Assembly (NCBI GenBank): GCA_043732185.1
Contig: JAYTHY010000054.1
Span: 1-12,888, forward strand
Length of the DNA: 12,888 nt
Source of the DNA: Fibrobacteria bacterium
GTDB taxonomy: Bacteria > Fibrobacterota > Fibrobacteria > UBA11236
Direction of reading: 5' to 3'
A program made the position numbers and the translations under genes. Within the stretch, counting starts at the first letter, position 1, and every line of letters begins with the position of its first letter. This document shows, piece by piece, positions 11,274 to 12,888 of this stretch. Under the pieces are notes generated by a model, which saw only the letters and a list, made by a program, of their open reading frames with translations, was not told the origin of the DNA and searched no databases.

Positions 11274-11300
11274 TTAGCAGTCGACTGGTCCGACTGCTAA
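11274..11300. promoter_or_regulatory. CIRCE operator (HrcA binding site), symmetric variant
   Basis: Perfect inverted repeat TTAGCAGTC-gactggtcc-GACTGCTAA versus the canonical TTAGCACTC-N9-GAGTGCTAA. It lies between the promoter and groES, and hrcA is in the cluster. Confidence 0.93.
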
Positions 11301-11311
11301 CTTTGGGCATC

Positions 11312-11340
11312 AATATATGTGATTTTTTATCTCGAATCAA
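11312..11340 (-). promoter_or_regulatory. Sigma70-type promoter for groES
   Basis: Minus strand TTGATT (11340-11335), 17-nt spacer, TATATT (11317-11312). The predicted start site falls just upstream of CIRCE, which is the classical layout. Confidence 0.78.
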
Positions 11341-11486
11341 GTTTTTTTTGGCGTGACCGAGGCTTTTACCCAATAAGCGTTTCATTTTGATACAACTTCT
11401 CTTGATTTTTTATTGAAAACCGCCCAAAGCTCCCTGCATCGATAAGTCCTATTTTTCTTAACCATGTCCGAAAAACAATCGCACCC

Positions 11487-12888
11487 ATGTTGTTAAAAGC
11501 CTTTTTGCTGAAGCGTAAGGCCCTGCTTTTCCTTTTGCTTGGGCTCGGACTCACTGTGGGCGCGTTGGAAGCGACCTTTATTTTTCTGGCGAAATCCTTA
11601 GGCAGTGGTCCATCGATGGAGTCTCATTGGATGTCCATGCTTATGTGGATGGGATTGCTAGTGACGCTTAGAACCGCCATTCAGTTTCTGGCGACACATT
11701 TTGAAATGCGTGCCGTCTTTGCCTTTCTGGCCGATAAGCGGAAAGTGATGTTGCAGGCGACTGTGGATCGATCTGTTCCCGCGCATCGTGCGCCATGGCG
11801 TGGAGATTTGGCCTCCGTCTGGAATGATGGGTTGGAAAATTTAGGGCAAGGGATAATGGCAGGTTTTCGCTGTCTGGCGGCTGCGGCGCAAGCATTGGCG
11901 CTGCTGCCGATGCTGTTTTTGTTTTCCTGGAAATTGGCGATGGGCGCTCTGTTGTTGGCCATTCCAGCCCTACTAGCAAGCCGATTGCGCACGGGTATGC
12001 TGCTGGCAGCGGGCAAAGGATGGGAACGATCGCAGGCGGAATTGGCCGTGACTATCGAGGATTTTTCTGAAGGCTTTGAGGCCCATGTCGGCAATGGTAG
12101 ATTTGCGGCCGCTGGCTTTGCATTGGATCAAGGACTGACCCAACATGCGGAGAAAACGCATTCCTGGGAAACGGCCAAGGCCGTTTTTCCGCCGGCACTA
12201 GAATGGTTCTTCTTCATGGCCCTTGCGGGGTTGGCAGTAGTCCTGGCAAAGTATGGCGACGCAAGTGTGCAAGGCGTATCAGGGCTGCTACCCTTTGGCG
12301 CCTTATTGCTGCTGATTTATAGACCTATTCGGGAATGGGCCCGTCACTATCCTGCGAGTGTTTTGGGAGGTCAAGCTTGGCGAAGCCTCAGTAAGCGGAC
12401 CGCAACGCTACTGGAATTCCCCATCCGAAAAAACTTTGCAGTGGCATCGGGTGAAAAAATCCTTTTGTCCGGAATTCGTTTTGGCTATACCAGTAGCCCC
12501 GACGAAGTTTTGAATCGCCGCGTATTTGATGGGCTTGATCTGGAATTGGATCCGAATTCCGTGACTTGGATTGCGGGTCGAAACGGCAGCGGCAAATCCA
12601 CTTTGCTGAAGTTGCTGGCCGGTGTAGAAACGGCGCAAGCTGGAGTAATTGAGATCCCTGCTGTGCTGGCTGCCTGGCCTCGGCCAATCGCGTATCTGTC
12701 GCAAAAAGCAGTGGTGGAACCGGACTGGCTGGAATGGCAGCGGAGTTTTCGAGCGACCGATTCCGGCGCCTGGAATACACTCGATGGCATACTGGGTCTT
12801 GATCGCATCCTTTCCAAAGCAAAATCCCTTCGTGGACTTTCGGGGGGCGAACGGCAAAGGTTATGCCTGGCGCGGGCCTTTGCTGCCC
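11487..12888 (+). CDS. ABC exporter-type half transporter (N-terminal TMD + NBD), 3'-truncated by the window
   Basis: My translation is open from ATG 11487 (MLLKAFLLKRKALLFLLLGLG...) to the window end. It has several hydrophobic segments, Walker A GRNGSGKST (12576-12602), Q-loop YLSQ and signature LSGGERQR (from 12837). An in-frame TGA lies upstream at 11403. Confidence 0.9.
   Translation, partial: MLLKAFLLKRKALLFLLLGLGLTVGALEATFIFLAKSLGSGPSMESHWMSMLMWMGLLVTLRTAIQFLATHFEMRAVFAFLADKRKVMLQATVDRSVPAHRAPWRGDLASVWNDGLENLGQGIMAGFRCLAAAAQALALLPMLFLFSWKLAMGALLLAIPALLASRLRTGMLLAAGKGWERSQAELAVTIEDFSEGFEAHVGNGRFAAAGFALDQGLTQHAEKTHSWETAKAVFPPALEWFFFMALAGLAVVLAKYGDASVQGVSGLLPFGALLLLIYRPIREWARHYPASVLGGQAWRSLSKRTATLLEFPIRKNFAVASGEKILLSGIRFGYTSSPDEVLNRRVFDGLDLELDPNSVTWIAGRNGSGKSTLLKLLAGVETAQAGVIEIPAVLAAWPRPIAYLSQKAVVEPDWLEWQRSFRATDSGAWNTLDGILGLDRILSKAKSLRGLSGGERQRLCLARAFAA

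Noticed and set aside
11413..11439. RpoH-like TTGAAA-N13-CCCTGCAT upstream of the ABC gene
   Set aside because: Poor -10 match, and no evidence for sigma32 in this organism.
11366..12857. Minus-strand ORFs listed in the track at the right end
   Set aside because: They overlap the plus-strand ABC transporter frame, which has clear motifs; they have none.

Overview
Bacterial chromosomal housekeeping region; no mobile element, CRISPR array or RNA gene is visible. The centre is a seven-gene minus-strand heat-shock cluster, groES-groEL-hrcA-grpE-dnaK-dnaJ plus a sigma54-type enhancer-binding protein (bEBP). It lies downstream of a single sigma70-like promoter and one variant CIRCE operator (TTAGCAGTC-N9-GACTGCTAA), with an intrinsic terminator between groEL and hrcA. 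On the left, a convergent plus-strand pair encodes a PfkB-family nucleoside kinase and an IMP dehydrogenase. On the right is a divergent ABC exporter half-transporter that runs off the window and is absent from the ORF track. The host is probably a diderm because DnaK carries the N-terminal insert; I cannot assign the taxon more precisely. The best lead is the bEBP tightly appended to dnaJ: it lacks the phospho-acceptor Asp and has GSYTGS in place of GAFTGA. This suggests, as an unproven inference, an HrcA-to-sigma54 regulatory link.
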